Notes: generated by a model not told the origin, from the letters alone. A stretch of 64,000 nucleotides of DNA from an uncultured Ignavibacteriota bacterium (GCA_903900335.1 CAIUMP010000030.1:8068-72067); one strand, 5' to 3'; numbered from the stretch's first letter, positions 7,833-17,501 are shown. Translations and numbers: made by a program.

Positions 7833-8894
7833 TTATTCCTTCACGAGTTTTATCGTCCGCGCCTCGCCGGTATCCGTAAATAGGCGCAAGTAATAGGTGC
7901 CGACAGGCAGGTTCGGTACGGTGACTCGCACTTCATGTGAGCCAGGTTGTTCGAGAAGATTTTTCGCATTCGCGATGGGCACACTCTTGCCAAGTATATC
8001 TCGAAGTTCCATCGTTACCAGCGCCTCACGGCCCGTCTCGAACGTAAGGGCAATGTCATCGTTCACAGGATTTTCCAATAACCGCGCGCCGAGGAGGGCC
8101 GTTGGGTTCGAAGGACTGCTTGCCCCCACCACTCCATTTTGTGGCCCACGCAGAATGCTCAGCCCATAATCGTCGATCGTGCCGTATGTGCTGTCGTATG
8201 GGTGTAAGGTGGTATCTTGGGTGTATGCCGTCTGCACAGAAGTGTCCCAGTCCTGATAGCGATTACCTTGCTGCCCGATCTGGTAAATCAGTGTGAGGGA
8301 GTCGAGCCAATGTTGCCGTTTCCGGTTTGAGGCGCCCATGTATATCTGTTCAAAAATTTCCTGAATAACTGGACAGCGATTATTGAGGATAATGTATCTT
8401 GCGACCGCGAGGCGCGCTAATTCATCGCCTTGTATCGCGCTAAACATATCCAGAACATCGTAGCAATACCAAATAGTATCAGGCTCATAGTAAAGTACCT
8501 TCTTGAGGTATTCAAGAAACTCTGGATAGCGGCCAATCCCACCAGTATTCCAGTTCTCAAGCCCAATCTGAAGAGAGCTGAAGGCTTGGTTTACTTGTTT
8601 TTCGGTATCCACCCAGTCAGAGCACCGTTCAATTAGAAGTCGAAGCGTATCATATGCCTGTTTTCCACCGCCAGAACTTGCCCAAACATAGCCTTCCTTA
8701 AAGAGGTAGGAACATGTAGAGTCTGTCAACAGATTGGCATTTTGAGGCGAGATACCTTTAGGACTTGTTAGCTCTCCACCAGAACGTAGAAACCCTGCTA
8801 AACTCGGATAGGAATTCATCTCCTGGCCTCGGACGATACCCGAAGCCAGAAGAATAATAATGACTGCAATTACTCTCACCATGGTGCTTCTCAT
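7833..8894 (-). CDS. Secreted T9SS-sorted protein; a standalone paralogue of the C-terminal module of the upstream 1434-aa protein.
   Basis: It has a signal peptide, MRSTMVRVIAVIIILLASGIVRGQ. A ~250-aa Cys-containing module (CSYLFKEGY...WLDSLTLIYQIGQQGNRYQDWDTSVQTAYTQDTTLHPYDSTYGTIDDYGL) sits at N-terminal residues ~60-245, with the identical 37-residue WLDSLTLIYQIGQQGNRYQDWDT...HPYDSTYGTIDD core at ~198-240 (residues numbered from the N-terminus; minus strand). It is followed by a T9SS sorting domain (LLENPVNDDIALTFE...GTYYLRLFTDTGEARTIKLVKE). It overlaps the upstream gene stop by 4 bp (ATGA). Confidence 0.75.
   Translation of the reverse strand: MRSTMVRVIAVIIILLASGIVRGQEMNSYPSLAGFLRSGGELTSPKGISPQNANLLTDSTCSYLFKEGYVWASSGGGKQAYDTLRLLIERCSDWVDTEKQVNQAFSSLQIGLENWNTGGIGRYPEFLEYLKKVLYYEPDTIWYCYDVLDMFSAIQGDELARLAVARYIILNNRCPVIQEIFEQIYMGASNRKRQHWLDSLTLIYQIGQQGNRYQDWDTSVQTAYTQDTTLHPYDSTYGTIDDYGLSILRGPQNGVVGASSPSNPTALLGARLLENPVNDDIALTFETGREALVTMELRDILGKSVPIANAKNLLEQPGSHEVRVTVPNLPVGTYYLRLFTDTGEARTIKLVKE
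8140..8310. repeat. Near-identical nucleotide tract shared with 9198-9368 (offset 1058 bp), inside the paralogous modules.
   Basis: In an alignment by eye, 8171-8308 and 9229-9366 are roughly 93% identical (for example GTGCTGTCGTA(T/A)GGGTGTAAGGTGGTATCTTGGGTGTA...GTCCCAGTCCTGATAGCGATT(A/G)CCTTGCTGCCCGATCTGGTAAATCAGTGTGAGGGAGTCGAGCCA). This is far higher than the roughly 60% protein identity of the flanking regions. Confidence 0.7.
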
Positions 8895-11800
8895 TTCTTG
8901 ATTACTTTCACCGTCCTCACATCGCCCGTGTCGGTGAGGAGCCGGAGATAGTAGGTGCCGGGTGGTAGATGCTCCAATGGTATCTTCGCCTCGTGTGTAC
9001 CCGGTTGGGAAAGAAGATACTTTGCATTCTGTATCGGAATGCTCTTGCCGAGCAGATCGTGCAGTTCGATAGAGACCATCGCGGTGCGGCCCATATCATA
9101 GCTAACATCGAGCTCGTTTTCGAACGGGTTCTCTTCCACACGTACGGCGAGCAGCGCCTCTGCGGAGATCGTCCCTCCCGAAAGCACATTGCCATGTTGT
9201 GGCCCACGAAGTATGCCCAACCCATGATCGTCAATCGTGCCGTATGTGCTGTCGTAAGGGTGTAAGGTGGTATCTTGGGTGTAGGCCTTCTGCACAGTAG
9301 TGTCCCAGTCCTGATAGCGATTGCCTTGCTGCCCGATCTGGTAAATCAGTGTGAGGGAGTCGAGCCACGCTTGGCGCTTGCCTTTCGAATCCGAATTGTA
9401 AAATCGAATAAAATCATCACGAAAAGCCAGACACTTATTATTATCTAGAATGTATCGTGCAATACTTAGCTGCATGGAAACGTCTTGTTGTGCAGCGCTG
9501 AACATGTCTTCAACATCACTGCAATACCACATCGTATCGAGATCATTGTACAGTACCTTTTTAAGAAACTCAAGATAATCTGGCCATCGGCCAATCCCTC
9601 CTTTACTCCATTCTGAGATGGCTCCATTGACAAAGCTAAATGCCTCCCCGATATGGGTTGCACTATCAAGCCATGCTGGACATTCCTCGATCAAGAGACG
9701 GAGCGTATCATAGGCTTGCTTCCCATCACCTGCACTCTCCAAAAGATATCCTTGAGAAAAGAGATAACCACAAGAGGAATCTGAGACTGCCGGAGAGAAT
9801 AATGGGACATCACCCTTTGGCTTAATAATGAGGCCACCGGAACATACAAACCCAGAGGAGCCTGGATCGGAAGTGAGATATCCACCGGTCGCAGTCGTTC
9901 CCGAACAAAGTGAATATGCGCCTCCACCCCAATAGTTGTTACTAATATCATTGAGCGCTGTGCTGCTTGAGGCACAGATCTCGGGCGAACCTTGGATATT
10001 GTTCCTGCCATATTCAGATGTCGGCCAGCTCTTGGGTGCAGGCGCTAAACCCAAATAGATAATCGTCCCCGACGAACCAGTCAGACTTAACTGTGTCCCC
10101 CCTGAGTTATTGTCCTTAATCAGGTTATACGCAGCGACATCCAAATATTCGTATGGAGAGGGATGATGGACACCTGCAAAATCCATAACACTATTACCTG
10201 AGCTCGTATAACCAGGCCCTGAGTTATTCGAAATGGTTGAAGCAATGATGTGCCCGACATCATGGGTTCCGCTAATCTGCCCATTTGCACAATACTTAAT
10301 CGTGTTAAGTTTAGCATAACCTATATACCAATCAGTTGAGATGCCAGCCGCGCCCGAATGGGTTAGTCCGAAAATGTCATTGCCACAAATAAGCGTCGTC
10401 GAGTTAGTGTTCGTCGAACCGGAGCTACTCTCATTCCAAATTCCTGTCTGAAATTTTTTGGCGTATAACGAGGTGGAAGTGGAACTTCCAATCGAATTGT
10501 ATCCGATATCGCCAATCGCGTCTTCGAAATGGATAGCGGCAGCGATGGAGCCGTCGGCTTCACCACCCGATCCCTGTACAAACAGATTGCTTTCAACGTT
10601 GATGTCCGTTCTCCAATCTGCATTCGTGCAATCCATCACCTTGATTCCTTCGGGATTTGGATAATTCGACAGGTCTTTGAAATTTCCGAAATAAGAGTTC
10701 GACGCGTTGAAGGAATACTCGACTGTTGTCGTGGGGTCCTGCTCATAGCTAATCCCCACTCCCCAGATGTTTTCGAATTCGGCGCCATCGATGGAGACCG
10801 GCTGCTGATCGTATGGAGCGAGTGCCGTATTGATAGTCACGCCATCGAAGTATCCTCCAGAGACAGTAAGTCCCCCGGGATTCGAGGGATGTACATCGTT
10901 CGCAAGTGCTTCGATATAGGTGTGGCTTCCGACGGAGAAATAGCAATTATCGAAGGTAGTGCTGGCTGCCTGGCCGCTGTACCCGCCACGACAGTTATAG
11001 ATTGGATTGTTCGCAGTGTTGTCGGCGGAAATAAACCGGCATTTGTTGAATGTAGCGTCGGTATAGGACCAGATAATCCCTGTATGATTGCCTGAACCCG
11101 TCACGCTGTTATCATACCGGTATGCAACGTTCACGTCTGTCATCGTAAGCGCATAGTCATCGAATTTGAGGAGCGTATTCCCATGGGTAATTAGCGTGAC
11201 AGGATTAGCAATCGTGTTGACGTATGCATAGCCTGCCATATTCATCAGCGTCGCTTCATTCGTGCCGGTGAATTCCAGCGTCCCGCCGTTGAAGGTTGCA
11301 AAATTTCCATCGGTACCCTTTAAATAGTTGCTGTAGCAGACGACCGAATCGTCGGAATGGACTTCGAATTTCGATAGAGAGTTGTCGTTCAGGACAATTT
11401 GCGACCGGCACCCCACAATCTTAAACGATCCACTGGTATTGGTGCTGCCATCGCCAATCTTGAGTGTTACGACATTCGGTGAAGTACCCGCGAGAATGGT
11501 AAGCTGCGCTGATCCCGCATAATCCACTTGTCCGGAAGGATCGGAATACAATGTCATTGTGAGCCCTTGTAGAAGTGTCGGGGTTAAGCTTCCACCGTGC
11601 CCGCTTCCATCGGCGACTTTACAGAGGTCGGTCACGAGCGTGTTCTCTTCGATGTTCTGATCGAAATAGCGCAAGTCACGTCGATAATAGTGAAGACGTA
11701 CACCTGAACTATCCGCCAGCCAGTGAGGATGAATCCCCATTTGATTGGCCGCTCCCACATACAGGCATGGCTGGTGGCTACCGGTAGCAACGGGATCAAA

Positions 11801-13195
11801 ATATGGGAAATCCCCGGTCGAAGTTCCGCCACTGACAAAATAGCCCTTACTCGGATCGTTATTTGCGATAATCATTAGCGGGTTTGTTCCTCCCTTGGCA
11901 CCTACATTGATCGTCCCGCCAGAGTGGTTCAAGACATACAGGCAATGAAACTCATCGAAGGAGCCAGCGGTGGTATTTCCCTGATATGGGTCCGCAAAAG
12001 CGCGAATGTAATCGTCCACTAGAGGAAATCCGGCACTCGTTTCAATCGGGCAAGGTGAGGGTCGCGTCGTATTTGAAGCGCCATCGCAATAGTAGCTGTT
12101 CACGGCCAACGACCCAGACGTAATTCGGTTAAAGCACAGACATTTTTTGCCCGTATTGTCCGCCGCGATAAAATAGATGGCTTTATCTGTCGATCCGCTT
12201 CCAGCGGCGCTTGCATCGACGATTCGCGCGTGCGTAGCGCTTGACGCTGGCCAGGTCTGGTTCGAAAGCAAGAATGGAACAAGCATAGGGGTTGGAAACA
12301 AAGTCCCATTCCATTCCGTCCATTGTGGCTGCCCCGGTATGGTGTTCAAAAAGACGATATCCACATTGCCGATGCTACCCGAATGCCGCACATCGATAGC
12401 GATAGTTGGACACCTTCCGTTCGCAACAAAGCCAGTTCCGCCCGTTCCCAGCAGGGTCACGGCGCTTGTGCTTAGGTTCACTGCCGCCGCGTGAATGGTG
12501 TATGTGCTCGACGCGTATTCCTCCCACACCACATACAAATAGCTTGCATCGATCGCGACATCGAACATGTCAGGATAAAGCGATTCGTTCGACGAAGAGA
12601 CAAGCGTGTGGCCGGATGCAATAATGTCATCGACAAATAGGACCGCATTATTATCCTTGACGATTTTTTCGCTGTTCGTTGCGGGCAAGCTGACGAAGTC
12701 GATTCCGATTCCTGTGGAAGCATTGTCTGTCGTTGCTGGGTCGAATCCATTGACATAAAGCTTGTCCCGACTCGAAGTGCTATTCAACCAAACGTATCGG
12801 ACATTCCCTTTGAGGTTTGCAGCACATTTGATTGCCTCAGTTGGGTACGCATCGCCCGAGCCACCTGTGAAGGTAGGCGTTTTCGCGGCCAGTACCCCGG
12901 CTTGTGCATCGGTCGCCGTAAGCGTCGTTAACCTATTAGAAAGCAAGAACAGCGATTTAGCGCTGTTCACGTTCGTCGTCGAACTCGAGGCAGTCCATTG
13001 CCCGTAGCCATTCGCGGCAAGGCAATCCATCGTCAGAATGCTGTGTCCCGCTCCTGTCGCCGCCGCAACATCGTTGGGCGTTTGAAAGTTATAGGTGACC
13101 TGCGCCCATAAGGCAAGCGGCGCAAAAAGGAGAAGCAAAGATCCAAGCAGTGTGCTTCTATGTATGCAAAGTGCGAAGAAATGATTCCGTTTCAT
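8891..13195 (-). CDS. Large (1434-aa) T9SS-sorted right-handed beta-helix repeat protein (adhesin or polysaccharide-lyase-like) with a C-terminal Cys-rich module and sorting domain.
   Basis: It has a signal peptide, MKRNHFFALCIHRSTLLGSLLLLFAPLALWAQ. PbH1-like repeats occur (NCRGGYSGQAASTTFDNCYF, LICGNDIFGLTHSGAAG). The C-terminal ~300 aa are paralogous to gene 7833-8894 and end in a T9SS sorting domain (VRVEENPFENELDVSY...GTYYLRLLTDTGDVRTVKVIKK). Confidence 0.8.
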   Translation of the reverse strand: MKRNHFFALCIHRSTLLGSLLLLFAPLALWAQVTYNFQTPNDVAAATGAGHSILTMDCLAANGYGQWTASSSTTNVNSAKSLFLLSNRLTTLTATDAQAGVLAAKTPTFTGGSGDAYPTEAIKCAANLKGNVRYVWLNSTSSRDKLYVNGFDPATTDNASTGIGIDFVSLPATNSEKIVKDNNAVLFVDDIIASGHTLVSSSNESLYPDMFDVAIDASYLYVVWEEYASSTYTIHAAAVNLSTSAVTLLGTGGTGFVANGRCPTIAIDVRHSGSIGNVDIVFLNTIPGQPQWTEWNGTLFPTPMLVPFLLSNQTWPASSATHARIVDASAAGSGSTDKAIYFIAADNTGKKCLCFNRITSGSLAVNSYYCDGASNTTRPSPCPIETSAGFPLVDDYIRAFADPYQGNTTAGSFDEFHCLYVLNHSGGTINVGAKGGTNPLMIIANNDPSKGYFVSGGTSTGDFPYFDPVATGSHQPCLYVGAANQMGIHPHWLADSSGVRLHYYRRDLRYFDQNIEENTLVTDLCKVADGSGHGGSLTPTLLQGLTMTLYSDPSGQVDYAGSAQLTILAGTSPNVVTLKIGDGSTNTSGSFKIVGCRSQIVLNDNSLSKFEVHSDDSVVCYSNYLKGTDGNFATFNGGTLEFTGTNEATLMNMAGYAYVNTIANPVTLITHGNTLLKFDDYALTMTDVNVAYRYDNSVTGSGNHTGIIWSYTDATFNKCRFISADNTANNPIYNCRGGYSGQAASTTFDNCYFSVGSHTYIEALANDVHPSNPGGLTVSGGYFDGVTINTALAPYDQQPVSIDGAEFENIWGVGISYEQDPTTTVEYSFNASNSYFGNFKDLSNYPNPEGIKVMDCTNADWRTDINVESNLFVQGSGGEADGSIAAAIHFEDAIGDIGYNSIGSSTSTSLYAKKFQTGIWNESSSGSTNTNSTTLICGNDIFGLTHSGAAGISTDWYIGYAKLNTIKYCANGQISGTHDVGHIIASTISNNSGPGYTSSGNSVMDFAGVHHPSPYEYLDVAAYNLIKDNNSGGTQLSLTGSSGTIIYLGLAPAPKSWPTSEYGRNNIQGSPEICASSSTALNDISNNYWGGGAYSLCSGTTATGGYLTSDPGSSGFVCSGGLIIKPKGDVPLFSPAVSDSSCGYLFSQGYLLESAGDGKQAYDTLRLLIEECPAWLDSATHIGEAFSFVNGAISEWSKGGIGRWPDYLEFLKKVLYNDLDTMWYCSDVEDMFSAAQQDVSMQLSIARYILDNNKCLAFRDDFIRFYNSDSKGKRQAWLDSLTLIYQIGQQGNRYQDWDTTVQKAYTQDTTLHPYDSTYGTIDDHGLGILRGPQHGNVLSGGTISAEALLAVRVEENPFENELDVSYDMGRTAMVSIELHDLLGKSIPIQNAKYLLSQPGTHEAKIPLEHLPPGTYYLRLLTDTGDVRTVKVIKK

Positions 13196-13310
13196 ATATC
13201 AATCATTCGTTTCGAATGAATGGAATGTCGTTGGTCTGGTGGGCAAACGTGAGCCGGGTAAGGGCCGGGCGACGTAAGACTAGAAGGCCTCGGGCGCAAT
13301 AAACAATGAG

Positions 13311-13334
13311 TCTTCGAGGGGGCACCCTCGAAGA
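13311..13334 (-). terminator. Hairpin downstream of the DEAD-box helicase gene (candidate terminator).
   Basis: A 10-bp perfect stem TCTTCGAGGG/CCCTCGAAGA with loop GGCA. On the minus strand it is followed by CUCAUUGUUUAUU. Confidence 0.4.
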
Positions 13335-13449
13335 GGCAGCGCAAATATACGAACAATCTTTCCGAAAAGCAAATTAATTCTCGTGCTTTCTTAAGAGCAC
13401 CTCTAAAATCTCGCCTCTCTTAATGCTTACTTCCTCCATTCTTAATTGA

Positions 13450-14790
13450 TTACCTCCACCCCTTCAACCTCCTCCGTTCCGAAGCGCTGATCTCAATCAC
13501 CGGCGGCGGTGCAAAACCTTCGACAATGGTACGCTCGATCTCGGTCCCGATGCGACGTTCAATCTCACGCATCAGCGGCTCTTCTTCCGGGCCAACCAGA
13601 GTTATCGCGACTCCAGTCTTCTCCGCGCGCGCCGTACGGCCTACGCGATGAACGTAATCGTCCGGGGACATGGGTGGCTCGTAGTTGATGACATGGCTGA
13701 TGTCATCTATGTCAAGTCCGCGCGAGGCGACGTCGGTTGCGACGAGCGTATCGAACTTTCCGCTCTTGAAATTGGCCAGGGCCTTTGTGCGGTCGGACTG
13801 CGTGAGGTCAGAATGCAACTTGTTAACGTTAATGCCCGCATGGCTAAGCACGTGGGTCACACGATCTGCATCGTGCTTGGTTCGCGTGAAGATCAGTGTC
13901 GGGCCGCGCTCCATCTCTTTCAGGAGCTTGAGCAGAAGCTCAGGCTTCTTGAGTCGCATGACGGAATAGACCATCTGCGTAACACCCTCCGCTGGTTTGC
14001 GGCGGCCACCGACCATGATCATCGTCGGGTCGTTCATCAATCGCCGTGCAAGCTCTTCGATCTGATGATCGAGCGTGGCGCTGAACATGAGCGTCTGTCT
14101 GTCATGGTTCATCTGCGCGGTGATGCGCTTGATCTGCGGCAGGAATCCCATGTCGAGCATTCGATCCGCTTCATCAAGGACGAGAAATTCCACTGCTGCA
14201 AGTGAGATGACTCGCTGCTGTACGAGATCGTTGAGTCTTCCGGGCGTTGCCACAAGCACATCGCATCCTTTCGACAAATCGCGCTCCTGTGTCCGTTGGC
14301 TTACACCGCCATAGACGACGACAGCTTTCAATCCCGTGCCCTGTGCAAAGCTGAAAGTAGCCTCATGCACCTGCACGGCGAGTTCGCGCGTTGGCGTAAG
14401 TACAAGAACGCGCGGACGGTCGCGGTGCTTCGCTTGAGCACTCCCGCGTTCGACAGGAGAGCAAATAAGTGAATCAAGCAGCGGCAACATAAACGCTGCC
14501 GTCTTGCCCGTCCCGGTTTGGGCGATGCCGATGAGATCATGGCCTTCAAGGACAATCGGAATCGCCTCGCGCTGAATGGGCGTTGGATGCTTATAGCCGA
14601 TCTTCTCGACACGCTCGCAGATCTCGGGGATAAGGCCTAAGTCAAAGAATGTGGCGGTGAGGATCGGCTCCACGGCGAGTGCGGTGGGTTCGATTTCGGT
14701 GGTGAGTGGTGAGTTTTCGATGGTCTCGGTCATGGTCGGTGGAGAAGCCTTTTTGTGAGATCCGGCTTTAGATTTCTTATTTTCGTCCAT
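13450..14790 (-). CDS. DEAD-box ATP-dependent RNA helicase (RhlE/DeaD-like).
   Basis: The motifs are all present: Q-motif/PTPIQ, motif I AQTGTGKT, Ia PTRELA, II DEAD (LVLDEADRML), III SAT, VI HRVGRTARAEKTG. A Lys-rich N-terminal tail is present. Confidence 0.9.
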   Translation of the reverse strand: MDENKKSKAGSHKKASPPTMTETIENSPLTTEIEPTALAVEPILTATFFDLGLIPEICERVEKIGYKHPTPIQREAIPIVLEGHDLIGIAQTGTGKTAAFMLPLLDSLICSPVERGSAQAKHRDRPRVLVLTPTRELAVQVHEATFSFAQGTGLKAVVVYGGVSQRTQERDLSKGCDVLVATPGRLNDLVQQRVISLAAVEFLVLDEADRMLDMGFLPQIKRITAQMNHDRQTLMFSATLDHQIEELARRLMNDPTMIMVGGRRKPAEGVTQMVYSVMRLKKPELLLKLLKEMERGPTLIFTRTKHDADRVTHVLSHAGINVNKLHSDLTQSDRTKALANFKSGKFDTLVATDVASRGLDIDDISHVINYEPPMSPDDYVHRVGRTARAEKTGVAITLVGPEEEPLMREIERRIGTEIERTIVEGFAPPPVIEISASERRRLKGWR

Positions 14791-14795
14791 TCATA

Positions 14796-16298
14796 ATGAT
14801 GATAGCGAAGATGACACGGAGTTTTTTTATCCTTGCCCTGGTGATCGGGGCAGTCCCGTTCCTGGGCATAACACCAGAATCTGAACTTTTCGCTCAGATT
14901 CCAAGAACGATTTCGTATCAGGGGTATCTAACCCAAAAATCCGGTGCGCCCATACCCGACGGCAATCACATCCTCGTCGCGGCTCTCTATGCAACGCGCA
15001 CAGGAAAGATTGTCCTGTACAGCACACAAGATACTGTTGCAACTGTCGGCGGACATTTCGACATGCTACTGGATTCCATTCCCAGCGGCCTTGCATTTGA
15101 CAAAGAGCTATTCTTGGGTATTTCCGTCGATGGCGGCGCGGAGATGAAACCACGCGGGCTGTTAACGGCTGCTCCTTATGCGTTAAATGTGCCAACACAG
15201 TTCGGGACTATCTCGAACATCACCTCGACTGATAAATCCGTTACGATCACGAATGGCGTTGGGCCAACGGTTGATCTTTCTGTTCCGGCAAAGAGTGGCG
15301 GAACAGTGGCCTGGTCGAATATTATCGGAGCACCATCATCTTTCCCGCCAAGTGGCCCTGCCGGCGGAGACTTAACTGGGACATATCCAAATCCATCGTT
15401 AATTCAGAATGGCGTCGTAGCTGGTACTTATACCAATGCAACGGTGACGGTTGACAATACGGGACGTGTGATCTCGGCGAGCAGTGGGTCGAGCGGAGGA
15501 GGTGGATCGTTGACTCTTCCTTACACTGGTTCCGCATCCTCAACAACTGCTCCTATCTTTGATATTCAAAATACAACCAGCGGAACGGATGCTATTGGTG
15601 TACGAGGTAGGATTGCATCAACGAGCACGGGATCGACGCCAACCAGCGCCGGTGTATTCGGTGCCAATACCAGTTCATCCTCCACGCTATCTGCCTATGG
15701 AGTTGCGGGGACTGTCATTGGTAACTCTTTCGCAAATTCGGCTGGGGTATATGGTTACAATTCTAACTCGACGGCCGGCATTGGGGTATCTGGAAGAGGG
15801 TATTGCGGAGTCGTTGGAACCACGTCTTCTGCAACAACGGGTGCTGCGGCAATCTTTGGCAATGCAACAAGCAGCTCTGCATACTCTGGCTATTTTACAG
15901 GTGGAATTGGTCTCCACGTTGTGGGAGACTATTCGGCTACTGGCCTCAAGAACGCAATAGTCAAAGTTGGTAGCGAATCTCGTAAACTCTACTGCGAAGA
16001 AGCCGCCGAAGTGTATTTCACGGATTACGGCTCCGGCAAAATTGTCAACGGTCACGGGCATGTCGATCTCGATCCGCTATTCGCGCAAACTGTAACGATC
16101 GACGAGCAACATCCAATGAAAGTCTTCGTCACAATGAATGGCGCGACGAACGGAGTGTATGTCGTTAAGAGAGATGGCGGATTCGATGTGATCGAGAATA
16201 TGCTTGGTAATTCGGATGCGGATTTCGATTATCGGGTCGTTGCTAAGCGTCGGAATTACGAAGACGTGCGAATGGAAAAAGCCGAACCTCCGCGCTAA
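14796..16298 (+). CDS. Secreted Gly/Ser/Thr-rich repeat protein, tail-fibre-like, with a possible intramolecular-chaperone (peptidase S74-like) C-terminal domain.
   Basis: It has a signal peptide (MTRSFFILALVIGAVPFLG). The N-terminal ISYQGYLTQKSGAPIPDG...motif is typical of Bacteroidota tail-fibre-like proteins. GDLTGTYPNPSLIQNGVV occurs. Quasi-repeats such as AGVYGYNSNSTAGIGVSGRGYCGVVG recur. The C-terminal region contains SESRKL, which resembles the SDxRxK motif of endosialidase chaperone domains. Confidence 0.55.
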   Translation: MMIAKMTRSFFILALVIGAVPFLGITPESELFAQIPRTISYQGYLTQKSGAPIPDGNHILVAALYATRTGKIVLYSTQDTVATVGGHFDMLLDSIPSGLAFDKELFLGISVDGGAEMKPRGLLTAAPYALNVPTQFGTISNITSTDKSVTITNGVGPTVDLSVPAKSGGTVAWSNIIGAPSSFPPSGPAGGDLTGTYPNPSLIQNGVVAGTYTNATVTVDNTGRVISASSGSSGGGGSLTLPYTGSASSTTAPIFDIQNTTSGTDAIGVRGRIASTSTGSTPTSAGVFGANTSSSSTLSAYGVAGTVIGNSFANSAGVYGYNSNSTAGIGVSGRGYCGVVGTTSSATTGAAAIFGNATSSSAYSGYFTGGIGLHVVGDYSATGLKNAIVKVGSESRKLYCEEAAEVYFTDYGSGKIVNGHGHVDLDPLFAQTVTIDEQHPMKVFVTMNGATNGVYVVKRDGGFDVIENMLGNSDADFDYRVVAKRRNYEDVRMEKAEPPR

Positions 16299-16315
16299 GG
16301 CCGTATCTTTGCATC

Positions 16316-16819
16316 ATGTACACTATCTTTGTAATACTTCACATCCTTAGCGCGGGAATCTGGACCGGGCTTGGCGTTGTCATGATTCTGGCGAACAACT
16401 TTCGGCAGCGCGCAGCCGGTACGCTTGGAGAACTCTACCTCATGCGGATGACGCTCATCTGTGGCTCCGTGATGGGAAATATTGGCGGCATAGGGATACT
16501 AATTACAGGACCTGCCATGGCTGGCATTGACCATCAGCCGTGGTTCGCATTCGAAACTCTTCCTTGGCTCGCGTTGAAGCAAGTGATATTTATGATCATT
16601 CTCGGCATCACGTTCGCCATTTACGTGCCACGCAGCAAGAGAATTGGCAAGAGAATTGGCGAGGAGATGGGGGGAGCACACCCAGCAGGTGGTGCCTCAG
16701 CAGAGTTGCGTGTAATGTTTGATAAGCTCATCACCATTGGAATTATCACCCAGGGGTTGGTGCTGCTGAATATCATTCTCGGGAAGTGGCAACCTACGTT
16801 GTGGGCAGGGCTGCCATAG
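16316..16819 (+). CDS. Small four-TM integral membrane protein (DUF2269/CopD-like). First of two tandem paralogues.
   Basis: The 167-aa product has four hydrophobic helices and starts HILSAGIWTGLGV. It begins 18 bp after the upstream gene. Confidence 0.55.
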   Translation: MYTIFVILHILSAGIWTGLGVVMILANNFRQRAAGTLGELYLMRMTLICGSVMGNIGGIGILITGPAMAGIDHQPWFAFETLPWLALKQVIFMIILGITFAIYVPRSKRIGKRIGEEMGGAHPAGGASAELRVMFDKLITIGIITQGLVLLNIILGKWQPTLWAGLP

Positions 16820-16869
16820 AGTGTTTATTTTTGTCTTGCTACTGAACTACCACTAATTACATTTGTCTC

Positions 16870-17373
16870 ATGTGGCACACATTCTTTGTCGTACTTCATA
16901 TTCTTAGCGTCGGAGTATTCATCGGTTTAGTCACCAGCACAATGATCGGGACGTCCTTGCGAAAGAAGGTCATTGGCACTCCCGCCGAGCTCGCCTCGAT
17001 TCGCATGGGCTCGGTCGTCGCGCCGATCATGTCCATGATCGGAAGCATCGGAGTCCTCGTCTCGGGTATCGTGCTAACGATGATGAATTATTCCTTCTTC
17101 CCATTCGATTCCATTCCCTGGCTGGCATTAATGCAGGTCATATTCCTCATCATCATGGCTATTTCCGGTGCGATTCTTGTGCCGACTGGAAAGAAGATCC
17201 TTGCGATGGCAAGCGCGGAACTCGCCTCACCAAACGCTGCCAAAGGAGCAAGCGCGGAATTGCGTGCACTCGTCGCAAAGCAGTACATGACGTCTCACGT
17301 CGCGGCCCTGCTTTTACTACTCAACATCATTCTCGGGGCATCGAAGTCGATGATGTGGGTGCACCCGATGTAA
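16870..17373 (+). CDS. Small four-TM integral membrane protein, paralogue of 16316-16819.
   Basis: It is also 167 aa. It shares the same motifs (HILSVGVFIG, PWLALMQVIFLII, ASAELRALV) and the same length. Confidence 0.55.
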   Translation: MWHTFFVVLHILSVGVFIGLVTSTMIGTSLRKKVIGTPAELASIRMGSVVAPIMSMIGSIGVLVSGIVLTMMNYSFFPFDSIPWLALMQVIFLIIMAISGAILVPTGKKILAMASAELASPNAAKGASAELRALVAKQYMTSHVAALLLLLNIILGASKSMMWVHPM

Positions 17374-17407
17374 GTCAATACAACCCAATAGGATTCGATC
17401 ACGATGT

Positions 17408-17439
17408 GGGCGGCCTCTGTGCCGCCCTTTCTTTTTTTG
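17408..17439 (+). terminator. Rho-independent terminator after the membrane-protein pair.
   Basis: GGGCGGC-CTCTGT-GCCGCCC is followed by TTTCTTTTTTTG. Confidence 0.7.
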
Positions 17440-17501
17440 AAGAGCAAACTGTTGCAACCTGATAGGAAAGGGCGGCGCGGAGCCCGCCCACCACGCGGGG
17501 C

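Noticed and set aside
5558-13007. Numerous 60-190-aa ORFs antisense to or nested within the ABC transporter, the 353-aa gene and the 1434-aa gene (for example 5558-6034, 6833-7522, 8917-9234, 10529-11095, 12177-12494).
   Set aside because: They are embedded in well-supported long CDSs on the other strand, have Arg/Ser/Cys-rich low-complexity translations, and have no independent support.
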